A stretch of DNA of 64,000 nt from a virus, in the IMG/VR virus record IMGVR_UViG_3300017963_007659, positions 64,001 through 128,000 of that record; one strand, written 5' to 3'. Made by a program: the position numbers and the translations under genes. The notes below the pieces were generated by a model. That model worked only from the letters and a program-made list of their open reading frames with translations, ran no database searches and was not told where the DNA came from. This document shows, piece by piece, positions 1-9,700 of this stretch; within the stretch, counting starts at the first letter, position 1, and each line of letters starts with the position of its first letter.

Positions 1-84
1 TTCCTATCGCTCGACCTTCTCCGAGCGCGATTGGACTTCGCAGGAGAGCTGGACTCTGGTCGTCTGGTTCTATAAGGCAGCATA

Positions 85-486
85 ATGACTGACAAAACCT
101 TCAGTGAAGAAGATAGGACACTTCAGCAAGTACGCCGGTTGTCCGATACATTCTTGAAGAGCGGGTTTCTATCTCTTCGGGTCGCTCCTGGAGAAGAGAA
201 GAAGCACTTCACAGATGGAGTGAGTTTGGCTTCCTACGTCCAGATTCTCTCTGGCGCGTTGAAACGGGAAGCAGGAGTCACGACTCTTGAAGGGTACATC
301 GTCCGTCTCATTCCGAACGGCGCTTCCTGGGGTCGAGACGTTCAGGTCTCCTTTGTCCCTCAAGAGGACGAGTCTACAAGAGTCGCGGTCAAAACTCCCG
401 ACAACACCGTCTATCTAGGAGAAGACCCGAACTTCAAGATTCTCCTCGGACAGGTTGTCCAATCTCTCGCCGAGGTTTTGCGCTAA
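85..486 (+). CDS. hypothetical protein
   Basis: 133-aa ORF with an ATG start; no recognisable motif. Confidence 0.6.
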   Translation: MTDKTFSEEDRTLQQVRRLSDTFLKSGFLSLRVAPGEEKKHFTDGVSLASYVQILSGALKREAGVTTLEGYIVRLIPNGASWGRDVQVSFVPQEDESTRVAVKTPDNTVYLGEDPNFKILLGQVVQSLAEVLR

Positions 487-589
487 AAGTGACCTCGATA
501 GTGCATTTCACTCCTTCCTACGCGATCTTACCACCCCTGCGCGGTTATGTTTAGTATAGAGTGACGTCCATTAATAGAACGGTGACACC

Positions 590-3313
590 ATGCGTCGACT
601 GAATTGGGAAGCGCCCCAAAGTCTTGAAGACCTTGAATTTCTGCAAGCTGTCTATACCGAAGAGTTTCTTGAGCGGCTCAGGCTCATCTTCGGAGCCAGT
701 TACTCCTCAGCCTGGTGGGGTGTTGTAGACGATGAGAAACCAGCTTCGGCTCAAGTCTCCGACACCAGACCGCTTGTGGTTCGGGCCAATAGCGCCCAAC
801 CGCTCACCATCGACGTCCTCTCTGGTATCGCGGTCACTCAGACAGGAGAACGCATTGTTCTCACCGCTGCTCAAGCCCAACGTTCTCTAGCGGACACCGG
901 GTCGGGAGCAATCAATGTCGTCTACCTCCGTTCCTTCGAGGAAGCGGACAAGATCAAACTAGACGATTACGACGTCCTGGTACCAAGCCGGTACAACACT
1001 CCAGATGATGAGGATCTCCTTCAAGTAGCAACTCTCTCCGATTGGCTCGCCTTCACATCTGTGGAGCGAGAATCGTTTGTTGCCCTCGCTGTTGTCACAG
1101 TTCAACCCATCTCTACGGGCGGCTACGAGCTGTCTATCGACATGACTCAGAACTCCTACACCTGGAACCGCAAATGGTTCTCTCCGGTTGACATCGCACA
1201 CCGGACACAGGTAGGAACTGGAACTACAACAGAGCACAACCCACACGGTTTGCAAATCAACGATATGGTAGCTGGGGACTTGACGCTCTGGCAGCTCCTC
1301 TTGGACTACGGTGTCGTGGTCGCAGAAGATGAGGACTATGCCAAGGTCCCTGGAGTCGAGTGCGAGCAAATTGTGCTTACCGGAAGCATCGCTATCGATG
1401 TCACAGGAGCTATCACCGGTATCGTCAATTCCTACTACGTCACTCTGCTCTACTACCCCTCGACGATCGTTCGCATCACGGACAATGCGACAGAGCTTGA
1501 AGAGCTAGCAGGCGATGTAGTACCTGGCACACGCATTCTGTACTTCCGTCCCTCGGAGAAGTTCTCCGACGGAACAGCTCCGAACACCAAAGACCTCAAG
1601 ATTCACTATACGTGGGTCCAGACTGGACATCCGGTCATCACCGTTCCACAAAGCAATCTGGAGGTTAGCAACGCCCCTGCCCGCCAAGCGCTCATCGCAG
1701 CAGGGCTCCAGATCACAGATCTCGACGACGAGACCCTGGACTTCGTGGATGCTGGAGGTATTCCAAAGCGCTACCACACCTTCATTGACGCCACCAAGAC
1801 AGTTCGGAAACGTGACCAGGTAGTCTTCTGTACGAAGAAATTAGATGATGTAGGCACCGCTATCGAGCCCTTCGTCATCGCCCCTTGGGGTCCTGGAAAG
1901 CTCAAAGTTGCGCTCACAGGGGCTACTTCTGGTCCTGTCCCCCCGACTTTGATTGTCGAGTTGAAGCTCACAGGCAAGGATGAGTCTGGAGTTACCATCT
2001 CAGAGAACGTTATCTTCGATTTGACGTGGGAAGAGAACCTCCCAGGAGCGGCATCAGAGAATCCCAATCAGTTCCGAGAGACGACTCTCTCCTTCACTGA
2101 GATCACACAATGGCAGGTCGTCAATCGAGTCGCTGATGGACCGAACTCAGCCGTCATGATGTGGATGGAACAGAACCCTGTGACGTCTTCCATCATGGCT
2201 GACGTTCTCCCGTTGTTCGACTGCTTCTGGGATGGGACACAGATCCTTGACCTCGTTGACATGCGCCCTGTCAATACCATCGCTGAAAACCCAACGAAGA
2301 CGCCTCTGTTGGCTGCTGTGGAGGTTCAGAAAGACCTGGCAGGCGAAGTAGCGATCATCTCTGAGGTGGGGACCGTAACTATCAACCCACACCTATACTT
2401 TGAGGACCGACCGCACGGTGTCGAACTGGGAGTATGGGAACAGGGGTTCACCGGGGCACTACTCCAGTCTCAAGCGATCATGATGCGGACAGACCCATCA
2501 CAGACCGCACTCACAAATCTTCGTATTCCTTTGGGACCATCCCTCCCTCCTGTCTGTGAAATTCTTCAGATCAGAGTCCCCTACTGGCTCTATGGTACTG
2601 GAACTGGAACCGCACGCTTCGGTATCAGTCCGTGGGAACAGGACAGTGTGACAGGATTCCGTCTTCCGTTGGCTGTCGGCAATGCCACGGCTGGCCCCAC
2701 CCCAGCTCCAGCTCCTCCCGCGTTTACACCGTGGACTACCCCGGATTATTGGGCTATTATGAACACAGCTCCTGCTGCTGTTGACCAAAATGCCCATGAC
2801 TATTACATTGAGGTATCTTATGTTGCTCTTGGGGTATGGATTCCAGACCTACTCCCTCCGTACATGGCAGCCACAGAGGTCACCTACCAGGAAGACGTTG
2901 TCTCGACTACAGGAGCAGCCTGGACTCTTGGTGGCTACATCGCAGAGGACTTCAGAAGCCCTCTCTGGATGGATGGTACACAGTCGACACTCAGCAAGGA
3001 TGTTGACGGACTAGGTGTCAGAGATACCTATGTTTCTCGACCGATTCCAGTAGAAGGGGAGTCTGGCTCCAATAACAGACTTCGGGTCGTCATCTTTGGG
3101 GCTGACAATGAGGCAAGCATCACATTGGAGTACCGCTATGCGGACTCTACTACAGGAGTTTGGTCCCTCTGGCTTCCTGCACCAGCTCCTGTTGGTCCGC
3201 ACACGATCAATATTCCCACTACAATCAACAAGATTCAGGTGCGGCTGAACCCCGATGGGGATGAAGAAAGCAATGCTCTAGGGATCGGTATCATTCACTG
3301 GAGTCGCCCCTAA
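590..3313 (+). CDS. large virion structural protein (tail/baseplate-associated)
   Basis: 907 aa, T/V/G/D-rich beta-type composition, first of a co-directional run that ends in fibre genes; function inferred from context. Confidence 0.55.
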   Translation: MRRLNWEAPQSLEDLEFLQAVYTEEFLERLRLIFGASYSSAWWGVVDDEKPASAQVSDTRPLVVRANSAQPLTIDVLSGIAVTQTGERIVLTAAQAQRSLADTGSGAINVVYLRSFEEADKIKLDDYDVLVPSRYNTPDDEDLLQVATLSDWLAFTSVERESFVALAVVTVQPISTGGYELSIDMTQNSYTWNRKWFSPVDIAHRTQVGTGTTTEHNPHGLQINDMVAGDLTLWQLLLDYGVVVAEDEDYAKVPGVECEQIVLTGSIAIDVTGAITGIVNSYYVTLLYYPSTIVRITDNATELEELAGDVVPGTRILYFRPSEKFSDGTAPNTKDLKIHYTWVQTGHPVITVPQSNLEVSNAPARQALIAAGLQITDLDDETLDFVDAGGIPKRYHTFIDATKTVRKRDQVVFCTKKLDDVGTAIEPFVIAPWGPGKLKVALTGATSGPVPPTLIVELKLTGKDESGVTISENVIFDLTWEENLPGAASENPNQFRETTLSFTEITQWQVVNRVADGPNSAVMMWMEQNPVTSSIMADVLPLFDCFWDGTQILDLVDMRPVNTIAENPTKTPLLAAVEVQKDLAGEVAIISEVGTVTINPHLYFEDRPHGVELGVWEQGFTGALLQSQAIMMRTDPSQTALTNLRIPLGPSLPPVCEILQIRVPYWLYGTGTGTARFGISPWEQDSVTGFRLPLAVGNATAGPTPAPAPPAFTPWTTPDYWAIMNTAPAAVDQNAHDYYIEVSYVALGVWIPDLLPPYMAATEVTYQEDVVSTTGAAWTLGGYIAEDFRSPLWMDGTQSTLSKDVDGLGVRDTYVSRPIPVEGESGSNNRLRVVIFGADNEASITLEYRYADSTTGVWSLWLPAPAPVGPHTINIPTTINKIQVRLNPDGDEESNALGIGIIHWSRP

Positions 3314-3332
3314 GTAAGCGAGGTTACGCGTT

Positions 3333-4232
3333 ATGGCTCAGACACGCATTTTCAACTACGGAGATACGCTGACCCAAGCCAAGATGAAGACGGCTATGGA
3401 GACGCTGCTTCCAGCCCTCGTCTACGAAGGATACGAGCTTTCTGTTGCTACCGTTTCGTCTGTAGGGGCAGCTCCTGGATCCCTTCTCCTGCCAAACGGA
3501 ATCATCGTGCAGGAGTCAAGCGCTGTCAACATTCCGTTGACCTTCGCTGGAGGAGCCGAAGACTTCACGCTCGTCTGTACTCATGTAGATGAACAGCTCT
3601 TTGGAGGCGCTGGAGCCACCTACAGTGCTGTCTCTGGATTCTTACAGACCTATGCTGACTCCACCATCTTGGGGTGGGTGCACTATCCTGGAGGTGGTGT
3701 TCCTGTCACGGATGACATGATCGTTCCTGCCCCAAGGGGCTCTTTTGACGCCTTTGGAGCTACAGCAGTAGACTTCTCTCCCGTAAAGTTCATGTCCCCT
3801 CTTCAAGCGGTGAAGGTGCTCTCAAATGCTACTTGGATCTCTTCCGAGGCAACCTATTCCGCATTGCCTGTTCCCCACACCAGAGAAGAAATCAACGTCA
3901 TCGCTGGAACTCCGGTACAGCAGACCGCAACCTTCTATTTCTCCCTCCTCTCCAAAGCCAACCCTCCTGTTGCGGTGGTCTTCAGGCACAACACACCAAC
4001 CACCCTTGGGACAGATATCACGGTATCTGTATATGATACGGCAGGGACTCTTGTAGGAACAACCGTCGTGGTGGGAACAGGAGCCTGGGAAGTCACTACT
4101 GTAACTTTGGACACAGCGGGCTTTACGTTCACAGAAGGAGAGACATTCAGTGCTCAGTTGGTAGTTGAAGGGGACGGTGCCGACACTATCCTCCTCGAAT
4201 GGGTGGAGGTGCAGTTTAACCCAACTCCATAG
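3333..4232 (+). CDS. virion structural protein
   Basis: 299 aa, T/V/G-rich, RBS GAGG, follows the 907-aa gene. Confidence 0.5.
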   Translation: MAQTRIFNYGDTLTQAKMKTAMETLLPALVYEGYELSVATVSSVGAAPGSLLLPNGIIVQESSAVNIPLTFAGGAEDFTLVCTHVDEQLFGGAGATYSAVSGFLQTYADSTILGWVHYPGGGVPVTDDMIVPAPRGSFDAFGATAVDFSPVKFMSPLQAVKVLSNATWISSEATYSALPVPHTREEINVIAGTPVQQTATFYFSLLSKANPPVAVVFRHNTPTTLGTDITVSVYDTAGTLVGTTVVVGTGAWEVTTVTLDTAGFTFTEGETFSAQLVVEGDGADTILLEWVEVQFNPTP

Positions 4233-4281
4233 TCCGAACGAAACTTCATTAGATAAACTAAACGTTTTAGGAGCTTTAGAC

Positions 4282-4722
4282 ATGTCTGCGATTACGATCT
4301 GTAAGTTCTACACCAACCCAAACCCTAGCAGCGACAACAAAAACGAAGTCATCAGCCGAACCCTTCAGAAGATCTCGGTCATTGACCGGCGGTGGAAACC
4401 GGACTGCGGCAAGCGGCTGCCTACAGATGGGGAATTCTGGAAGGTGAAAATCGTTCATGAATTCGGGAGAGCGATGAAAGGCTGCTTCCTTGTTCATCCT
4501 CTGCATAAGGTCTACGACAACGAGTTCAGAACGCTGATTCCTGGCACCTACGATATCGAATCCGAAGAGGGATTGGTTGTTATCACCCCTCACAACCCAG
4601 GATACTGGATCTTGCCGATCGAGCATCGTCTCATCTTATTGAAGCGGTACGACGCCTACGCGGTCATTGTAGACCTCCAGCAGTTTGAGGGGGACATCTC
4701 CTCAATACCTACATGTAAGTAG
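4282..4722 (+). CDS. hypothetical protein
   Basis: ATG at 4282 after TAGGAG RBS (MSAITICKFY...). Confidence 0.6.
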   Translation: MSAITICKFYTNPNPSSDNKNEVISRTLQKISVIDRRWKPDCGKRLPTDGEFWKVKIVHEFGRAMKGCFLVHPLHKVYDNEFRTLIPGTYDIESEEGLVVITPHNPGYWILPIEHRLILLKRYDAYAVIVDLQQFEGDISSIPTCK

Positions 4723-4822
4723 CTACAAGAATCCCCCACAGATCTCTCCTCCTCTCCCTCCCTACTTTTTACCTTGACAACGTCTTCAATATATGAGACA
4801 AAGGAAGAGGTTGGAGGGCAGC

Positions 4823-5278
4823 ATGAGTGACAGAGGACAGCTTCCGGCAGACGCAGTGTGGGCTTTCATCTTCGCAGGCAAGGCGATCTTCACTGTTGAA
4901 TCACCCTCTGGTCTCCACAGGACCTTCAAGGTAGTCAAGGTTCAAGGCGAAGGCTACGACAAGCCGATCTGGACGGTGATGGTTCTTGTAGGTCCTGACA
5001 ACAACACCAATTACAGGAACATCGGCTACATCGTTGGAGACCCTTCGGAAAGGCGTGTCTACTTCAAGGGGAACGCCGCCTATGAACCGAACCATTCCCT
5101 TTTGCAGTCCTTCATCTGGGTTCTCCGTCGTGCCGATGTGGCTAACTTCACAGCGAAATTGGGAACCGCCAAGGTGTTCCATGAAGGTCGCTGTGGAAAG
5201 TGCGGACGACGCCTGACTGTCCCTGGAAGCGTGTCTCGCGGTCTCGGTCCTCAATGTGCCCTCTCCCTCCTTCAGTAA
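4823..5278 (+). CDS. DUF6011-like zinc-ribbon protein
   Basis: C-terminal HEGRCGKCGRRLTVPGSVSRGLGPQC matches the recalled DUF6011 pattern CxxCxRxLTxPxSxxxGxGPxC; GGAGG RBS. Confidence 0.7.
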   Translation: MSDRGQLPADAVWAFIFAGKAIFTVESPSGLHRTFKVVKVQGEGYDKPIWTVMVLVGPDNNTNYRNIGYIVGDPSERRVYFKGNAAYEPNHSLLQSFIWVLRRADVANFTAKLGTAKVFHEGRCGKCGRRLTVPGSVSRGLGPQCALSLLQ

Positions 5279-5280
5279 TC

Positions 5281-5291
5281 TAGTCAAAGTA
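5281..5291 (+). promoter_or_regulatory. YAGTCAAAGTA motif (putative phage-specific promoter)
   Basis: TAGTCAAAGTA 19 nt upstream of ATG 5311; one of about 18 copies. Confidence 0.6.
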
Positions 5292-5310
5292 TGGTAGAAA
5301 GGATTCTACC

Positions 5311-5790
5311 ATGAGCACCAAAGGAACAGTCTCGACTGAGATTAAGATCGATTGGGATGTCGATGCCACTATGAAAGGCGACATTCAGAGAGGACTTGAC
5401 GTTCAAGCGCTCTTTCAAGAAGAGGACATCTTAGGAGTCAGCTTTAGCTTGGCATTTCCTCCACTTATCCCTGATAAAGCCATTACAGGACAGGCTCTCC
5501 GAGACTGGAAAAACTCCTGTCTCTACCTCGCGCTCGACAAATCCGCGAATGACACTACAAGAATGGAAGACTTCGAGATTAGCTGGTCCTCTGGGATGGA
5601 GGGTCTTTGTAACCTCACATCTCCCTGCTGTCATGTCTCCCTGTATTCTTCAGACAAAGGGGTAGTGGCTAGCGGTATCCTCTACGCCCACGACGACGCC
5701 TTCGACCTGTATGAGTTCCTTACCAGAATCATCCAGTGTTTCCCTCCCTACCAAGTCAGCCTGGAAGTAGAACCGCTTCGCAGACCCTAA
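5311..5790 (+). CDS. hypothetical protein
   Basis: 159-aa ORF downstream of the conserved motif. Confidence 0.6.
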   Translation: MSTKGTVSTEIKIDWDVDATMKGDIQRGLDVQALFQEEDILGVSFSLAFPPLIPDKAITGQALRDWKNSCLYLALDKSANDTTRMEDFEISWSSGMEGLCNLTSPCCHVSLYSSDKGVVASGILYAHDDAFDLYEFLTRIIQCFPPYQVSLEVEPLRRP

Positions 5791-5836
5791 CTTTTCGCTC
5801 ACAGAGGTTATTTCAGATTGGAGAGCACCAATCTGA

Positions 5837-6373
5837 ATGGCTACCTGCACTTACGACAAAGACTGCTATCTCGTTGTAGAAGTCTACAACCGCACGCTTG
5901 CGAAAGTGCAGTTGGCAGGGAAGTATCTCGCCCCAAAGACGATTACACCCTTCTCTCACTTCATCTTCCAGGAGACACCTGCCTACTGTAATAGGTTGGC
6001 CAAGCTCTTCAAGGAAGGTCGACTCTCAGTTGTTATCAACGATGTCGTCCTCAACTACGAGCAGATTCTCAATCTTTGGGCCTATCCAGATGGTGCAGGA
6101 GGTCCAGCACCTTCTGGGAATCGCTACTACAATCAACCTGTTGTAGGAGTCATAGACGGGGTGAATACGAACTTCACCTCACCGACGAAGTTCATCCACG
6201 CTAACCCAGACACAGAGGTACTTCTCTACAACGGAGTGCGGCTCGAAGAGGGTGCTGGAAACGACTATATCGTCTCCGAGTCAGCTCCAGGAACTGGTTA
6301 TGATTTGATATCTACGAACTTTACACCTAAGACTGGTGACAAGCTGTGGCTTGACTTCACGCCAGCCCCTTAA
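5837..6373 (+). CDS. tail-associated structural protein
   Basis: C-terminal module GVIDGVNTNFT...LLYNGVRLEEG..NDY...P..GDKL..DF, a pattern recalled from phage tail-fibre accessory domains. Confidence 0.55.
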   Translation: MATCTYDKDCYLVVEVYNRTLAKVQLAGKYLAPKTITPFSHFIFQETPAYCNRLAKLFKEGRLSVVINDVVLNYEQILNLWAYPDGAGGPAPSGNRYYNQPVVGVIDGVNTNFTSPTKFIHANPDTEVLLYNGVRLEEGAGNDYIVSESAPGTGYDLISTNFTPKTGDKLWLDFTPAP

Positions 6374-6439
6374 AATGCGAGGGATTGTCCAAGGTTATTC
6401 TTATAATGAACGTGCTTTCGCTTCGTAGAAGGGGCTATA

Positions 6440-7990
6440 ATGGCTAGAACATTCATCCGACAAGACACACAAATCCGAAATTCGGACGTTTACGACGACA
6501 CCGTAGCTGCTGGCGTGACTATGGAGACTGCCCCAACAGAGGTTGAAGCAGATCTCAACGCGATCCGCTCGCAGTTGAAACGCCACACATGGGCAGACGC
6601 GGCTGGAAACTGGTATGATGACAACCAGACAGCGAACGCGAAAAAGAGAGGTATCGCAGCTCTGAACGTCGACCTTGACGACATCGAAGAGAAGCGCCTC
6701 CTCTTCCGTGCGCAGATCCTCACGGACATAGCAGTACCTGCTGCCCAAGCCTACGTAGTCCTCTCGGTCGCTGGCTCTGAAACGCCGTCTCAGGTCGGTG
6801 CTGTCGGTGCGGTCACCACAGAGGGTGCTGTCGTCGCGTTCGACGCTGGCTTCCCTGCTGCGTCTCTTGTAGAGGTAGCAGGCAGTGACGCCCTTCACCC
6901 CAAGAACCTCTTGGAAATTCGAGATGGCACGACAGGAGACCCGATTCTCTCCTCTGGTCGTACTATCTACGGTCTCCTCCAATGCGAAGCGAACGTAGAT
7001 GGGCAGACCTTCAACGATGTCGCTCAGCGTGTCCAGATCTCCTTCGTGCGTAACAACGCCACCGCAGACGACTTGGAGCAGTGCCCTGCTGGCGACATTG
7101 GTGGTCAGACGATCAACTACTCCTACGTCCGACGAGTCGCCTTCGACAACATCCCGGAAGATGCGTACCTCAGCGGAGCCTTCATCGATGACATCGCGGG
7201 AACTACTGCTACTCGTCAGACCGTCTACACCAACCAGGGTGCAACTCCGGTCGACGTGATCACCAACTCTATCCTCGACTTGGAAGGTGCTGGCCTGACA
7301 TGGGTCATCAGAGATGACGCAGAAGCAGTCCTCTTCCAAATCACAGAAGGTTCGGCGGGTGGTTCGAGTGAGGTCACAATCGGTCCCGACACGGACCTCT
7401 ACGACAACGATGCGATTGACGTCGACTTCGCTTCTGGTGTCCAAGTGGCTTCCGGAACGACTCAGATCGACATCGGTGTCAACGCGGGTCGTATCGAGAC
7501 CAACGGTGCAGCCGACCTGATTATCGACGGTACTCAAGAGCTGCGCTTCGACGATGGGAACCGCACAGGTTCAACATGGGCTGCTGACGTCAAGCTGACT
7601 GAGACGACGGCAGAATGGGACGCCTACGAAGTAGCCTTCGGTGGTGAAGTCTCGCTCTTCAACGCCATCGTGCAAGCGTCCAAGACTGGAACGAGACGAA
7701 CCAAGGTCTACGCCAACTGTACATCCACGACAGCCGCGAACAACGACGTTGGTGGTGTTGGTGGTGGCGCAAACCTCGACGCGCAGCTCCCTGACATGTC
7801 GGCAGGTGCCTTCCTGACGGACTATGACACCTATCTGAATGGTGAGCTTCTCCGTCCAGGCGCAGACGCTGCGGCAAACAACGACTACTACCCAGGAACC
7901 TCCTTGGTCAACGGGCAGCTCATGTTTGAGTTCTCCGTAAAGGTCAACGATGTTCTCTGCGTCATCGCCTACGATGCTGATGACGTCTAA
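6440..7990 (+). CDS. virion structural protein (tail/fibre-associated)
   Basis: 516 aa, A/G/D/T-rich; C-terminal YLNGELLRPG...NDYY module resembles the preceding gene. Confidence 0.6.
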   Translation: MARTFIRQDTQIRNSDVYDDTVAAGVTMETAPTEVEADLNAIRSQLKRHTWADAAGNWYDDNQTANAKKRGIAALNVDLDDIEEKRLLFRAQILTDIAVPAAQAYVVLSVAGSETPSQVGAVGAVTTEGAVVAFDAGFPAASLVEVAGSDALHPKNLLEIRDGTTGDPILSSGRTIYGLLQCEANVDGQTFNDVAQRVQISFVRNNATADDLEQCPAGDIGGQTINYSYVRRVAFDNIPEDAYLSGAFIDDIAGTTATRQTVYTNQGATPVDVITNSILDLEGAGLTWVIRDDAEAVLFQITEGSAGGSSEVTIGPDTDLYDNDAIDVDFASGVQVASGTTQIDIGVNAGRIETNGAADLIIDGTQELRFDDGNRTGSTWAADVKLTETTAEWDAYEVAFGGEVSLFNAIVQASKTGTRRTKVYANCTSTTAANNDVGGVGGGANLDAQLPDMSAGAFLTDYDTYLNGELLRPGADAAANNDYYPGTSLVNGQLMFEFSVKVNDVLCVIAYDADDV

Positions 7991-8044
7991 ACTGTAACTT
8001 GAGCTAACTGTTCTTGAGAAACTGTAGTATTTAGGAGAACTTAG

Positions 8045-8818
8045 ATGACTTTAGCTAAAAACAAGATCAAACGTGAAGCCTTCAACGAAATTGGGAATCG
8101 TCTCGACGACCTTCTTGAAGGGTTGAAGGAAGCCAAACTGAAGGCTGAGGGAGCGGCTCTAGCTGTTGGAGGGCTCTCCCCAAAGATTCAGGCTCTTCAT
8201 GAGCACGTAGATAAGGATGTAGACGAAGGGGTCATAAAAGACCTCCAAGTAGCCAAACTTGTCAAGCTGTACATCACACGGTCGATGAACATCTGTGAAG
8301 AGTCAGCTCGGATGGCGCATGACGCGCACGTCAAACTGGAAGCTAAGTCTACAGGAATCAAGGCGAGCATCTTCGAGGTGAAGAAGCTGTTTGACAAGGA
8401 AGAAGCTGCCATACAACAGGCAATCTTCCTAGCCAAATGTGCTGAAGGCGCAGAAGGGGAACAGATTCTTGACCCAACAGCAGCGGAACCTCATCGACGA
8501 CAAACAGGGCAGAGACCCCTCCCTTCTATCAAAGCACGAAGACAGGCTGAAGAAATCAAAGCTCAAACAGAAGAAACTCAAGTACCTGAACTATCTGAGC
8601 CTGAGAACGTCGTGCCAACAGAGGAGAAGGAAGAAGTTCCGGCTCTTCCAACTCCAACTCCACAAGACCCGTTGACAGAGATCAAAGAATCTCAGAGAGC
8701 TGCTGTTCGAGCCGATGGGCGATACCAATGTGGAGGCTGTAAGCGACATTTCAAATCCTGGGATGACCTCATGGAGCACTGCACTCTTGAAGAGCATGTT
8801 CCCAGGTCCCCTGAATGA
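8045..8818 (+). CDS. coiled-coil protein with C-terminal classical C2H2 zinc finger
   Basis: Helical N-terminus, acidic Pro/Glu linker, then YQCGGCKRHFKSWDDLMEHCTLEEH = C-x2-C-x3-F-x5-L-x2-H-x5-H. Confidence 0.7.
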   Translation: MTLAKNKIKREAFNEIGNRLDDLLEGLKEAKLKAEGAALAVGGLSPKIQALHEHVDKDVDEGVIKDLQVAKLVKLYITRSMNICEESARMAHDAHVKLEAKSTGIKASIFEVKKLFDKEEAAIQQAIFLAKCAEGAEGEQILDPTAAEPHRRQTGQRPLPSIKARRQAEEIKAQTEETQVPELSEPENVVPTEEKEEVPALPTPTPQDPLTEIKESQRAAVRADGRYQCGGCKRHFKSWDDLMEHCTLEEHVPRSPE

Positions 8819-8825
8819 TGATTAG

Positions 8826-9698
8826 ATGCCGCGAACGCTCCTAAGACAAGGGCAGCTTCAAGAAGACACCCTTACAGGCGCATCTCTCAACGATTCCGTT
8901 GGTCTTTACGACGAAACAGACACCTACATTGTCGGCGACCAAGTCTACTGGAATCATTACGTCTGGGAATGTGTGACAGCGGTTGGTACTGGAGCCGAAG
9001 AAGGCGACCTCACCAATGCTCCCGACGTATCTGCTAGCTGGCAGCGTGCTCCTCAGCAACCTGCCACCGTCAATACGGCTGCGGACTACGGAGCTGCTGA
9101 AACTTGGCTCTTCGACCACATCGAAGTCGACACCTCTGGCGGGAACCGTACTCTCACTCTACCTGTTCCAGCAACAATAGCTACCTGGCCTGAAGGACGT
9201 AGTTTCTTCATGTACAATACGGCAACGAACAATGCCATTCTGGACCCGAATGGCAACACCATCTCTGGAAGCACCGCGAACCTCACCATTACGACGGAGA
9301 ACGGATGGTTAGAGGTAGTTAAAGTAGATGATGAGCTAGTCCTCCGAAACTTCGGGTCAGGTCTCTCTGGAGACATTCCAGAAACAATCTGGACTCCTGC
9401 AAACAACCAAGCCGTAGCCGCTGACGTAACAGGTCTCGTCTTCAGTTCTGCCATTGTTCGTAGCTTTCGGGCACAAGTCAGTGTGTTCATCGATGCCACT
9501 GTAGATCTTGGAGAGGTATTCAATCTCTACGGGATGCAACGAGGGACTGGTTGGGACATGACTGTCACCTCAACAGGAGACTACTCAAATATCGAATTCA
9601 CCATCACCGCAGCAGGACAAGTCCAGTATACGAGCGCTAACGAAGCGGGCTGGACTTCGTCAACAGGTAGGTTCCGTGCCTGGACCACAAGTGTGTAA
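8826..9698 (+). CDS. tail fibre-related protein
   Basis: Y..GDQVYWN..VWEC carbohydrate-binding-like segment and VDTSGGNRTLTLP fibre-type motif. Confidence 0.55.
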   Translation: MPRTLLRQGQLQEDTLTGASLNDSVGLYDETDTYIVGDQVYWNHYVWECVTAVGTGAEEGDLTNAPDVSASWQRAPQQPATVNTAADYGAAETWLFDHIEVDTSGGNRTLTLPVPATIATWPEGRSFFMYNTATNNAILDPNGNTISGSTANLTITTENGWLEVVKVDDELVLRNFGSGLSGDIPETIWTPANNQAVAADVTGLVFSSAIVRSFRAQVSVFIDATVDLGEVFNLYGMQRGTGWDMTVTSTGDYSNIEFTITAAGQVQYTSANEAGWTSSTGRFRAWTTSV

Positions 9699-9700
9699 TC

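Noticed and set aside
6401-7537. 378-aa minus-strand ORF
   Set aside because: Antisense shadow of the 516-aa structural gene; no RBS or recognisable motif.
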